Assembly (NCBI RefSeq): GCF_000315625.1
Contig: NW_005434461.1
Span: 5,196-69,195 of the forward strand
Direction of reading: 5' to 3'
DNA from: Guillardia theta CCMP2712
Taxonomy: Eukaryota > Protista > Cryptophyta
DNA length: 64,000 bases
How positions within the stretch are numbered: the stretch's first letter is position 1; the number at the start of each line of letters is the position of its first letter. Both the position numbers and the translations under genes were made by a program. The notes below the pieces were generated by a model, which did no database searches, was not told the origin of the DNA, and was given only the letters and a program-made list of their open reading frames with translations. Positions 24,055-36,853 of the stretch are shown here, piece after piece.

Positions 24055-26369
24055 GCGACGGGGGAATGTAACACACATCAACTTGAACCTGGAATGGGGG
24101 TAGTTGACAGCCCAAATGGGGGGTAGTACGATAAATAGAGGAAAGAGGGGTAGGTGCCCCAGAACAAACAGCTGCGTGGGGTAGGGTACAGGAGGCGTCG
24201 TTGAGAAATGAGGTTCAAAATGGGGGGTAGGGTACCCGCAAAACCTGTGTGGGGTCACTGAACTCAGTACATATTTGGTGGAGCCTGGAGGGGGTGGGGG
24301 TACAAAGGGGAGGTTGACTTTTGTAGCCGGGTGGGGGGTGGGGTCACACTGGGCCCGTACAACAGAGGCAGATAATGGGCGCTTGCTGGGAGGGTCCCCT
24401 TGCTTTCCCTGATCCTCAAGGACCCTCCCAGAGTGCTGACCTTGGTGGTGGTTGAGCGGGGTACTCGAAGTAACCTTCAGTTTGTTCCGACTCGAAGGAT
24501 TGTCAGGGGTGGGTGGGTACCCGTACCCAGTGTGTCGGAGCAACGGTTGCCCGGGGGTACGGACAAAAAAAAGCCTGAGTGAACCACGGAGGCTGTACCG
24601 GGGACTTGAAAAAATTCGGGCCGCCGGTGGAGACTCCGAACGCCGCCGCACTATTTTTAACTTAACTTTGAGTAACGAAGACTGCCAGAAACGTGAACTC
24701 AGTGCCGACTGCCCGGCAGTCAGCGGCGACTCGGGCCCGACTGAGGCTCAGGCCGGTGACGCGGCCGGGCCGGAGGTTCCAGGCTAGCTCACCGAGGCTG
24801 AGTCAAGAGGACGTATAAAGTAGTGCTTTACAGTGAATCCGATATCTTCAACGTGCCGTTCCGAAAGTAACGTGACTATATCATTTATACCCAACATTAA
24901 GTTAAACTCATACGAGGACTAGGCTTTTTTTCGTGCAAATGTCAAAGCGAGTGATTTGGCGTCGGCCGATGTCCGGTTGGACCAAAGAGCGGGAGAGGAA
25001 GAGACGAGCACGAGGCCGAGGAGCTGGAGAGGGAGGAGGATGAAGATAGATGAGGTCGATGAGAGCGCAAGTGAGATGTGGTAGCTCAAGTTTCGGGTAA
25101 GCGAGAGGAAGGGGGAGGAGGAGAAAGAGGGGAGGAGGGGGGGGGGGGGGGGTTTTAAAAGGGTTCAAGAGGGATCGTAGGATAAAACTGAAGGATTGGA
25201 GATGGAGGCCTGAGGTGAAGGTGAAGGGAAAGCGGGGAAAGGAGGGAAAGGTGATTGAAGAAACAGCAAGAAGAGATAAGGTTCATTGGTTTGGGGTTGA
25301 TGGATACATACTCGAGGAGTAAGAGGATAAGAGGAGAACAGAGCGAAAAGTTTGTGACATAGTATGGTTGAGAAAAAGGGTGTTGGGAGGTGTTGGTGGC
25401 AGGGACAAACCCCAAAGCTCTGTTCGGTTTAGAAAGGAGGGATAGAAGTTCTCCTCGATGGTTTCAGGCAAGAGTTATCGGCGATGTAAACCAGAGCAGA
25501 GGAGGAGAATTCGCAAGACGCCCTTGATTAAGACATGGCTCGTCATGCCTTCCTCGTTCCCTTTGTAATTTCTGATTGCACTTGACACACGATTGGCACT
25601 TGAATTTGCAGATCTTTGATTTGACCCTTCCTCCCTTTCTATGTGTGGTGTTCGATCTTCTTCTTGCGAGGATTTGCGCTCATGTCTCTTGTCCTTTTAC
25701 TCTTCTAGCCTTGTTGCCCCGATTTCTCATCCGTTTCATTCCCTTGAAATCCTTCACGACCTCCCCTACCCCGCCCAATCCTCCTCCTTCACAACACTGT
25801 GAACACACCTTTCAGGCTGCCCTGCACGCATTTTTGCCAACACTCTCACTATCACCAGTTGCTCTCAATCATACCTCAATCAATCACTCTATCTCTCATC
25901 GCCTTATTGCCTGGCTGGTCTGTCCTATCTCTTCTCTCTTGTTCTCCTCATCTCTCCCGGATCCGCTCGTTCCCCATTCTTCGATCTCTCCCTTCCTTCC
26001 ACCCCAATATCCCCTGCTATTCTCACATCTCTCCTCCTCTCATCCTGCCTCTCCGTCCTGCCTCTTCACTCTCCTCTGCTCCCTTTCCTCTCCCCCTCCT
26101 CTCCTCTCAGGGCCTCTCCTCCCGCTCCCTCCAAAGTTGATCAGTACACCGTGGTCACTCGTGTTCTACACTTTGTCTCCGATACCTACCCCTCCCCTCC
26201 CTTTCCCTATTTAGGACCCCACCCTTCGGGGTTTTTTGCTCTTGTTTCTTGCAAGATTTGGTTCTCGCCCTTCCCTGGACCTGCTCGTGGAGCTCAGCAT
26301 GCCGCCGCCGCCGCCCTGTGCGTCTCTTGACCTGTCGATCTGATTGAGTTTCTCAGAGGCTCCTTGGCG

Positions 26370-27914
26370 ATGAGGGAGGTGGATCTCTCCGCTCTAGCCC
26401 TGCGCCTCCGTGCTCGCCATGCCCTCCTCGTCGCAGCCGGGACCTTTCTTGGCGTGAAGCTGCTGCGTATCGGGAGGTGGTTGGTGTACGGAAGTGGCCG
26501 GTGGCTCTGGTGGACTCCGAAGGGCATCACGCTGCCTCCCATCGTTCCCGTCTCAAGGTTCCATTCCTTTCGCCACATCAGCGTGCAGCGGCAGTTCCCT
26601 CTCTACGTAAGTGGTACGCTTCTCGTTGCGCAACTAACCATGGTCCTATGCCTCGCAGCAATACCAGTACTTCAAACAGTATGGCCCTGTCATCAGGATC
26701 CCCCTTTTCCAACTCGCGCCGTGGGTGTTCGTCTGCGACCCGTCGGTTGCCAAGTTGGTCACCGAGGGCGACCGGTCGCTGGTCCTGGAGGAGTCGCCGA
26801 AAGCGCCGTGGCTGTATTCGCTCTTCTCGAGCTTCACTGGAGGGCCCAACATGTTCTCGAGGCCGCTCACAACTCAAGGATCCATCCCTGGCTGTCTTGC
26901 GAGCCGCAAGGCAGTTGCTAGCGCCTTCTCCATGGCGCAGATGGATGGGATAATTCCGCACCTGAACAAGTACATGGAGAGTCTGGGGGAGGTCTTGGAC
27001 AGGATGGCGTCGTCGGAGCGAGACCTCGACGCCTGCGAGCTCTTTGTGAGTGCTTGCAGCTCAGGAGGGAGGAGGGAGGAGAGGGAGCGGAGGGAGGAGA
27101 GCTATGCTGATGCTATCCTTAGCTGCGGCTGAGTTTGGACTTCACCTGCGGGTCGTTGTTCGACTTCAAGTCAGACAGCATGAGGGATCTGACAAGGGCA
27201 AGTGACCGCGTACTGGAACGAGGGCTCGCTGACCTTGCTTCCTCCAGGAGGGAGGGGCAGAGAGGGAGAGTATGGGGAAGTCATTCTTGGAAAGCGTCAA
27301 CACGATTGTGAACGAGATATCAGTGATGAGAGTACGTTGCTACAGCCTCTGACTGCGCCTCCTGACTTCCGTCCGAAGGTCACAAACCCGCTGCGCAAGT
27401 ACATGTGGTGGGCTGAACACCAGAAGAAGTTCGACCGTTCAGGGCTGTTCCTTCGTGAGCTCGGGAGGGTGAGGAGGAGTTGAGGACCAGGAAAGCAGCA
27501 GGTTGAAACAGTCCTGCAGGACATTGTCAACAAATACAGGGCGTCTCACACAGATGAAGAGCTTGCTCGGGACTGCTCCGTGCTAGGTGAGCCTGAAACC
27601 TTGTCTGATTAGCCTCCTCATTATGTTCAAACCCTCAGGGCACCTGATGCGATCTCCGTACCCTTCGGACAAGTAGGAGACTTCACTGAGTCTGACGAGT
27701 CACAAAACTCAGCGTGTTGACTGTTGGTTTGCAGGGAGAGGATAGCAGATATTATTATCTTCCTGATAGCTGGACATGATACAACTGGATACACAGTGAT
27801 CTCTGACAGAATCCCCTCCTCCTTCTCACATCCTTTGATCAGCTTGCCTGGATTGTGATTGAAGTTGCAAAGAAACCGGAGATTGCGAGGAAGATACGGG
27901 TAGAAAAGATGCAA

Positions 27915-27959
<45 letters not shown>

Positions 27960-29242
27960 GCAAACAGGAGGAATTGGACAAAGCAAACCCTGAAAGAAAA
28001 CATTTCACAAGAGCACAACTGAGGTGCATCCCAGCCCCTCCTCCCTGCACCTTCTCCTTCCTCTCGTCCCCTCCTCACGTCCTCTTCCTCCCCTCTCATG
28101 TATGATGTTCTCCAGTTCTCTCGTTTACCTCAATTGGGTTATCAAGGAAGGATTGCGACTATGGCCGGTGAGGAGGAGGAGGAGGAGCAGGAGGAGGACG
28201 ACGAGGAACCTTACTCTTGTTGCTTCTTTACCAAAGTTGCCGCCACCTCTGCTATCAGACTGGCACAAAAAGATATCCCGTGCCCAGGAGGACGTGAGTT
28301 TGAAGATAGTTGTGTTGGAGGAGACAAAAGGACGAGGGATGACAAGGAGGAAACGGGAAGGAGGAGGAGGCAGGGGAGGGTGGGGGGGGGGGGCTGGGCT
28401 GGGAAGGGGTTCTGATCTGCCCATCTGCAGTTACCATCCCTGCGGGTAGCACAGTGAGCGTATCTAACTTTGCGATGCATCGAAGCGGTGAGAGCAAGGA
28501 TCAAAGAGAGAGAGAAGGACACTGCGTGAGAGGAGAGGAGAGGAGAGGAGAGGAGAGGAGAGGAGAGGAGGAGGGAGGAGTAGGAAGGAGGCATGGAAGT
28601 GGAGAGATTTCACACATGTGCGCTGCAGGCATTACTCGACCAGACGAGTTTGTTCCGGAGAGGTGAAAAAAGGAGGGGAGGATTGGAAGGCCCTGACGAG
28701 AGGAGCAGATGGGATGAGAAGAGCGAAGATCACGAGAGAGTAAGAGGAGGAGCTCGGAAACGATGGGTTGAAAATGAAGAGAGGGAGGAGTGGGTGGAGG
28801 AGGAGAAGATGAGGAAGAGAGGAGAGGACGGGGAGGAGGAGGAGCTGACCTGTTGGCAGCTAAAGACGATCTATCGTCCCTTCAGCACCGGGATGAGGAG
28901 ATGCGTGGGAGAGAATTTGGCGATGGTGGAACTGCGGCTGGTATGGCAACTCCTCCTGATCCTCCTCCTCCTCCTCCTCCTCTTCCTCCTCCTCCTGATC
29001 TTCCTCCTCCTCCTCCTGATTCTCCTCCCAACCCCCCCGTCTCCTCCTCCTGATCCTCCTCTTCCTCTTCCTTACTCCTTCTCATGAACATAATCCTCCC
29101 TGTCCTCCCTTGTGACTGTGTGCAGATACTGGCGACCCTGTTGCAGAGATACGAGTGGGAGAACTTAATGGAACCTCGTCCGCAGTTCTACCTGACGACG
29201 AAGCCGGAAGGTGCTGTTGTTAGGATGAGGATGAGAGCGTGA
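26370..29242 (+). CDS. Cytochrome P450 (multi-exon)
   Basis: N-terminal hydrophobic anchor plus Pro-rich hinge (LPPIVP), I-helix FLIAGHDTTGYT (27759-27795), K-helix VIKEGLRLWP, PDEFVPER, heme motif FSTGMRRCVG, and stop TGA at 29240-29242. Confidence 0.95.
27915..27958. repeat. (GAT)n microsatellite in a P450 intron
   Basis: Direct observation. Confidence 0.95.
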
Positions 29243-29548
29243 AGGGGATGGCTGGAGGCGACCGGAACGTCCTGTGGTATTCTCGGCCCTGATAGTTGAG
29301 GAGATTCTTGTTTTGTTACACTTGCGATCAATCTAGTTACTGAGCAAAAGATCCCTGGAGTTGTCTTGTCCATCTTCATGTCCTCTCATTTGCCCGCTAC
29401 CTCTACAACTTCTCTTCCGTGTTTTCTCTTCCATTGCTCTTCCTACAAATCGCTGCTTCACCGCTCTACCTCTCCCTCCTCTCCCTCCTCATCCTAATTT
29501 TCATGACATAAGATTGGCTCCTCCTCCTCGTCTCCTGCATCACAGACT

Positions 29549-31534
29549 TCACGAGCGCACTTGAAATCTCCCTGCCTTGGTCACGAATCTCACTCCCTTG
29601 TACGGCTTGTACCGCTCACCGCTGCCTCCCCGTCAGGCACAGCACAAGAGAGTCTCGGTTACCTCATCGTCAGTGCATCGATCTTGAGGCCAGAAGCGCT
29701 GAACATCACAATCTGCACTCCAAGTTAGGAGAGGGACGAGGGATGGCGAGGAAGGAGGGCGGGTGAAGCGGGTGAAGGGAACGCACGCGCAGTGACAGGA
29801 AGGAAGAGCGGGGAATGAAACTTGTGTGGCTGTGGTAGGAGGAAGACGAGGACAAGGAGGAGGTCGAGAGGGAGGAAAGTCGTGATGGTGGCAGGTAGAG
29901 GAGGACGAGGAGGACACGAGCAAGGAGGGTAGAGGAGAGTGGAGATGAACAACCTTGAAGTCAACGAGGATGGTTGGCCCGCTCTCTGGCGTCTCAGTCC
30001 CTGGCACCTGCTGGAGTCTCAGCATGCAAGAACGTCCGAGAGGCTGCGAGAGTGAAAAACAAGAGCCGGGAAGTTGTAAGAAGAAAGAGAGGATGAGGAC
30101 GGCGATAGGACGATAGAGGAACTAAGACGGGAAGGAGAAGGGAGAGGAGGAGGGGAGAAGGAGGAGGAGATTACGATGATGATGAGGAAAAGGGGGGGGA
30201 GGAGGAGGATACCAGAGAAACGGAGCCGTTGAGACATGGACTTTTCTCCTTGGGGACCTGCAGAACGACATCAGTCCAGCAGACGAAGAGGAAGAGGAAG
30301 CAATCATGGTAGCGTTAGAGGGAAGAGGAAGAAAAGGCTTACCTTGCCAATTTCCCACCGTAGGACCTTGGAAGCATCATCGAAGTGAGCAGTACCGTGA
30401 TTCACTGTATGCAAGTGTCATGCACTGAATGATGTCTCCCTCATCGCCTCAAAAGCATGATGATCTCCATCATCGTCATCATCATCATCGTCATGTCAAT
30501 CGTCATCAGCATCATCACCATCGCTCAGCATAACACAGCGCCTCTGCTCCTGTACCAGAGAGGTTGTTGGTGGCGATGTTCTTGGTGAAGGGGATGGTGA
30601 TCACAACGTCCTCGATTGTCCTCCCCGCGAGGTTCGACTTGGGTCCCACCATCACGTTGACGCGCCCCGACGTGCCGCTGAAGTGAATCTGCGGCTTCAC
30701 GTAGAGAGGGAGGGTGACAGCCTGCCCAGTCGTGTTGACGCTGTAGGAGGCGAGCTTGAACTTGCCGTCGGGGGGGACGAACGACATGACCTGGTCCCTC
30801 TCGTACCTCGAGAGCCTCACACAGGGATGGAAGTTGACGTCGTCGATGATGCTCGGGTTGGTGAAGGACAGAGTCATGTCCGGCATCCCAGACAACTTGC
30901 AGTTCACCAGGACCTCCCCCGACACGTCGCAAGTCACCATGAGCCCGTTGGTGTCGATGCTGCAGTCGATCTCCTCGATGATGTCCAGGTAGATCTCGTT
31001 GTTCGTGTACTTGACTCCCTTCCTCCTCCACCAGATGCTGCTCAGCATGCCCTCGGGCAGGTCGCTGTTCAGGTTGCTCTTGTCGCTGACCCCCATGCTC
31101 GTCGCCACACGCCCGAGGATGGTGGGAGGGACGATCATCGTCTTGAGGACGTTGGGTTCGGTTGTCATCGGGATCCCGTTGTCCATCATCTCGTCCATGA
31201 TCTGATACACAGTGATGAAGTTCTCCTTGATGCTCTCCTCGCTGACTTCGTTGAAGTAGTCCCTGAACACGTCCACCACCCGGTGAAGGAACTCAGTGAC
31301 GAGCAGCGGGATGACATCTCTCTGTACGACGGCGATGAAGAACATCCCGTATCGCTGCACGTGGATCACGTAGTACTTGGGTGTAACCATCACCGGCTTC
31401 ACCTCCGACGGGTTCGATGCCTGCTGTACCTCATTCCAGAACAACTCGCAGCAGGTCCTGCTGATGTATCCCCTGTAATGCTTCTCGATGATGACCTCTC
31501 CCGTAGGAGACATGACAAAGATCGAGTTGATCAT
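29549..31534 (-). CDS. AP3M: AP-3 adaptor complex mu subunit
   Basis: MINSIFVMSPTGEVIIEKHYR...IKENFITVYQIMDEMMDNGIPMTTEPNVLKTMI...WRRKGVKYTNNEIYLDIIEE...FHPCVR...SFVPPDGKFKL; the terminal exon is GERYKPYKGVRFVTKAGRFQVRS*. Confidence 0.95.
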
Positions 31535-32295
31535 GCTCGCTCCTTCTCACGCTTCTGCTGCCCGGCAGGCAGCTGCTCTCTCTCCACAAATCTTCTTCTG
31601 CAGACCAGACTGTTCGTGCACAAAACCCTGCGAGATCAAAAGTGTTCAGATGTTGCCATTGAGGAGGGGAAAATCGAATTTTTCAATATGCAGGAGAAAA
31701 TTACTCCTACTCCTTCTGGTGACATTCCTCTACCTCCGCTGAACTGTGCGTCTGAATGCATATATTTTTCCTGTCATCATAAGGCATTCTCGAGCCAATC
31801 GACTTCTGACCTCTCCACTCGGAACTATGTCTCTTGACTTTGTTTGTATCTCTGCCTCTGTCTTCATCAGTGCCTGCCTGCCTGCCTGCCTCTCCGCCTC
31901 TTCTCTTTGCCAATTTAACTGCTTTTCCGTGAGGTCCCACCTGCTACTCTTCCTGCCTCCTCCTGCAACTTATCTCAGTTCCTGACTCCTCCTCCCCTCC
32001 TGATCCTCCTCGTCCTCGTCCTCGTCCTCCTCCTCCTCCTCCTCCTCCTCCTCCTCCTCCTCCTCCTCCGCTCCTCCGCATTATCGCCGCGTGTCTGCTG
32101 CGTCACTCAACCATAAAAAGGCAGAAAATTTCAATTGAAAAAATGCTTTCAGAAATTTTACTGTCCCAAAATCTTTTTTTTGAGTTTTTCTTTTTCTGGC
32201 TTTTACAAAATGTTTTTTAACAGTAGGCCCGCTCAGCTTGCTTGGGTTGATGAACCATGCTGGAACCATGAAGACGGGTGGGGCAGGGAGGAGGG

Positions 32296-32383
32296 GGAGA
32301 GGAGAGAGGAGAGAGGAGAGAGGAGAGAGGAGAGAGGAGAGAGGAGAGAGGAGAGAGGAGAGAGGAGAGAGGAGAGAGGAGAG
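32296..32383. repeat. (GGAGAGA)n heptamer repeat
   Basis: About 12 copies visible. Confidence 0.95.
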
Positions 32384-32581
32384 GGGCCTGAAGGTCCTTC
32401 AGGGGATGATGCGATCGGACTCTCAATGGAGTGGGTTAAGAGGCGAAAGGATGATGATTACTCAGAGCAGAGAGGAGAGTGATGAGAGGGCTGGGAAACT
32501 CATGAGACAAGACGCGGCCGACCAGCCATCTGCAAACTTGCGCCGGAGAGGGTGACAGTCGATTGTGCTTTTCGGTTCAAG

Positions 32582-35500
32582 ATGGATAAGTTACGGAACG
32601 CCATCGATGGCAAGCAGGGGCAAGGGAACAAAGTGACAACTAAGAGCGGACACATCTCAGACGTGAAGTTCGAGCCGAACCTTCCCCTGCTCGAAGATGA
32701 CGACGTGCCTAGCGAGCAGTACGAGTTGGACAAACTCGATGAGGAGCTACAGAGGAGCAGGACGAAGAAGAGCCTGCTGGCAACACCGTCAGGGATGATG
32801 CGGGACAAGCTGGATTCGCTGCTGAACAAGAGGTTGGAGGAGAGGATCAACCAGCTGAGAATCTTTCGGACACAGATAGCAGAGATCCAACTGAAGAACA
32901 AGAGAGACCAGCTGGCGAAGTCGATCGAGATCAAAAAGGTCGTCGACAAACTCGCACGGACGAAACAGAGGCTGCAGGATGTGATGGAAGAGCTGAAGCA
33001 AGAGCGATCGGAGGAGCTGACCCAGCCAAGAGAGGTTTGCTTCCACCTCTACAACTCTTGTCCTCATGCCATGACAGGTCAGGCTGAGCGCTGCCAACGC
33101 GGTGCAGCATGTGAAGAGGACCTCTGTGCTACCAGCCAAGAGGCCCGACGCCTATCACTTTGTTGATGAGAGGAAGAGCGTCGTTGGGTCTCTGAGAAAC
33201 GAAGGGGAGGGGAACCAGTGGGGGATCGGCATCACAGGAAACAATGACGCGTCGCAGATTCCTGTGCGGTCAGTGTTCAGACCAAGACGAGGAGCTAACA
33301 TGAGGCTGGAGGCCAGAGACTGGAACGAGGAGTTTCAAACCAACATCAGGAGGATCAAGAGCAGATTCCTTGAGACAAAGTTCACAACCCTCGCCAAGAT
33401 CGGGAACATGCAGGAGCATTTCGTTCAGAATGTGCTGTCCATCGGGAAGAGGATCGTGGAGGAGATAGCGTTGCCCTACGTGCAGAAGAGCATCAAACCA
33501 ACAGCCATGCCTCTTGCTTTCAAAGTTCTCAGTGCGCTAGATCGCAATGACGTCCTCAAGGAGTTTGTGTACGATGCCGACGAGTGGCGCCCGATCTATT
33601 GCCACAGCAACATTGTGTTTCAAGTAGCGGCTGACGACTCTGATGTACATTGCTATCTGTTTGAATCGCTTGTTCTCACCCCTTGCTAGTTCTTCGGAGG
33701 TACTGAGGCAGCAAGCAAAGCCTTGTCAAACGAGTTCAGAGCCATCGAGTTCCTCTCGAAAGAATCGTACGAACACGATGTTTGCGTTCCCCTGTCAGCC
33801 TTGTTCTGCTACCTGGGACACAAGATTCTTGCCACTGCAGTGCTGCCTGGGATGGCTGACCCCAAGGACATGATGGATATATTTGCAAAAGAAGATGATC
33901 AAACAGAGACGGTTGCCACAGCTTGGGATAACGCAAAGGTAAAGCAAGTCGCCTTCCACAATATCACACGATGACGTTTGTATGGCAGGACTCTCTGCAA
34001 AGGAGCCTCCGCAAGCTGGGAATCTCTCTGAATCTCAAGCCGCATGTCATGATGGTGGATGGCGAGCAAGAGCATGTTCACCTCGTCGCTGACTTGCAGG
34101 CCTTCATCGGCAAAGACAAACGGAACTACCTCATGAGCTGCTCCCGAGTCCTCCCGCCAGAGCCCCCGACCTATCCGATCGATTCCGAGAGGTATCATCT
34201 GAGCAGGTTCATGCGGCCCGAGCTGCTTCAGCTGAGCTCCTCCCCCATCAATGCCGATTGCTTCTCGAGCTTCGTGGGCAAGGATGCGAGGAGAGACAAC
34301 GCAAACTGCAGAGAGCTCTTCAACTTCATGCGGAGAAACATCTGCCCCTTCGTTGCCAGCTACCTCGACTCTCACGGGTATGACTTCCCGGACTTGATCA
34401 AGTCTCTTGCCTCCATCCTCCATCGCAACGGGATCAACGTTCGCTTCCTGGGGATCGTGGGTTCCTACTGCAAGAACGAGAGGACTGTCTGCATGGTGGC
34501 GTCGGAGATGGTAGCGCGACTTGTCAAGAGCAAACTGAGAAAGGATTGGCGCAGCATGGTGGACGAGGGTAAGAATCAGCCCCTGGACTCTCGCAGCTGC
34601 ACTGCAGACGTTTACAGCTCCTTGTTCGAAGCGCAGGAGAAGGAGACTGAGTTCTGGTCCAACGTTGTTCAGAAGCGAATGAACGAAAAGTTCCCGGGGT
34701 CACTCGCGCTCGCTAGGAATCGACCATGGAGGACGCTTTGCGACATGAAGTTGGTCATCGACAGACTCTCCTCCATGACCGGCATCACCTTCCGTGAGGA
34801 TCCCTGGGAAATCTTCGGGAAGCGCGGGAGAATTCTAGCTCATGACGTCATCAAGACCGAAGAGAGGATCCGAGTCGTCAACCTCGTGCCCATCGAGTGC
34901 CTGAGCGGCTTCGAGCTCCTTGCTGAGGCCCTGCGGATCTCTGACTTTGACAACAAGAAGAAGCTTGCCGCCGATGCTGTTCGCGTCTTCGAGCAGGTGA
35001 GGTACAACCCCTCGAGCGCTTTGATTGATAGCCTTGACAGGCCATCCAACACAACAACGCGATGAACCTGCAAGCAGTCACGTGCTGTGCCGACGCAAAG
35101 ATGTTCCTCTCGCAGTTTCTCACCTTCTTCGACGCTCGTGCCTCGTTGGACGAGGCTGAAGAGCTCTACCGACGTTCCTTGTGCATCCGACCTCAGATCA
35201 CCGAGACGCTTCTCAGACTTGGCGACCTGCATGTCCAGCAGGCAAAGCTCTCGCGCATCGAGGAGACGGCGGCACGTTTGCGGGCAAGAGCAGGAGCAAG
35301 GTATCTGCAGGGGATGCTCTACCAGTGGGAGAGAGACTACGCGACGGCAAACAAGGTTGTGCACAAGCTCGATCACTTGTTTCAGTTGTCTCGATCAGAC
35401 TTCGCGGCCGTGAGCGTCGCGTCTAACAAGTTCTCGGACTTCAAGAACTTGAACTTCTCCTCCTCGCCGGACGTCGGGGCTAACGCGATCCGACGATCCA

Positions 35501-36786
35501 TCGGGAAGGTCCCTGTGGTGGAGGACATGTGCATGGCAAACTGCCAATACTGCGACGACTCCGTCCTCTCGTACATCATCCCCAAGTCAAAGCGAACATT
35601 GACAGCCCTAGACGTGAGCGGTTGCCCCGTGACAAGCGAGTCGATCATTGTGCTGGCGCAGCTGAAGAACTTGCAGAAGCTGGTGGTGGACAACTGCTTG
35701 CTGATCGAAGACAAGGCATTGATGGAGGTGTTTCAGAAATGTACAAACTTGCGGCACATCTCTCTTCGCTCTGTTCCCAAGGTCTCTAATCAGAGCGCAT
35801 TCTACATCCCCAAGTTCTGCCGGCAGCTCCAGTACTTTGACATGAGTCACAGCCCCCTCATCACCGGCGCCGCCCTCAATGAGATCGCGCAGGTGTGCAG
35901 TCAGATGGTGGAAGCCTTTGCCCAAGACTCCTACACCATGGACGACGTGCCCGTCATCAGCATCGGTAAGAACTGCCCTGCTGTCCGGACTCTCGACTTC
36001 CGCAACTGCGTCAAGTTGTCCAGCCTGTCAATCAAATCTTGGAAAGGACGGTTGAAGAAGCTAGAGACGCTGATACTGGAAGGATGCATCCGCCTTGATG
36101 ACGCGGCCCTGCTGGCCCTTGCAGATCACGAGGCCTTTCCCAGCTTGACCCACCTGGACCTGACGTCGTGCGACTTGATTTCAACTCACGGCCTGCAGGA
36201 GATCGTCCGGCAGCTGGTGGACCTCGAGGTCCTGCGAGTGGGCAGGTGCACCCAGATCGAAGAGCATGCGGTCAAAGCGATCGCCAAGAACTGCCGGCAG
36301 CTGCGCGAGCTGAGCTTGGAGTCTTGTGTGGGAGTGACAGTGGGAGCAAGCGTGAAGATCGTCTCCTCCTGCACTTGTCTAGAGAAGCTCTCTTTTGCTG
36401 GCTGCCACCTGGTGGATGACACGACAGTGAGCATGATGGCGACGAATTTGACAAGGCTCGTGGAGCTGGACGTGAGCGGCTGCGAGTCTCTGTCGGAGGG
36501 GCCGCTGGGGAATGTGATCATCAACAACACGAGCTTGACGGCTCTGAACCTCTACGCGTGTCGCAAGGTCGGGAACAAGACGCTGAGGAAGATCGGGGCT
36601 ACGTGCAGGAGGCTCGAGGCCCTGACCATCTCTCAGTCGAACAAGGTGAACGACAAGGGGATCATGCAGGTGGTGACAGGTTGCCCCTGCCTCAAGAGCC
36701 TGCACGCCACTAACTGCAAGAACATCTCCGACGACGCCAAGCAGCTGCTGAGCATTCAGACCCCCTGGGTCAATTTCGCATTTTAA
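32582..36786 (+). CDS. Coiled-coil + Clu (clustered-mitochondria) domain + TPR-like + cysteine-containing LRR protein
   Basis: Clu motifs RDWNEEFQ, NEFRAI, VPLSALFCYLGHKILATAVLP, LNLKPH, IGKDKRNYLMSCSRVLPP, MRPELL, LHRNGINVRFLG and EMVARLVK. A phase-0 intron at 34997-35040 joins in frame to TPR-like EAEELYRRSL and many LxxLxLxxCxxI LRRs. Confidence 0.85.
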
Positions 36787-36853
36787 TATCAACACGTCAG
36801 CGTCTCCTGCGCTCTCCCGCAAGCTCGCCTCAACATGGCTTGGTGGTCCCGCC

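Noticed and set aside
24900-26290. ORFs at 25576-26214 and neighbours
   Set aside because: Purine- then pyrimidine-skewed low-complexity intergenic DNA with no domain signal
4908-29242. P450 plus FAD oxidoreductase as a biosynthetic gene cluster
   Set aside because: They are ~17 kb apart with unrelated genes between, have no scaffold-forming enzyme, and have different predicted compartments
30683-31837. 384-aa + strand ORF
   Set aside because: Antisense shadow of the GC3-rich AP3M exon
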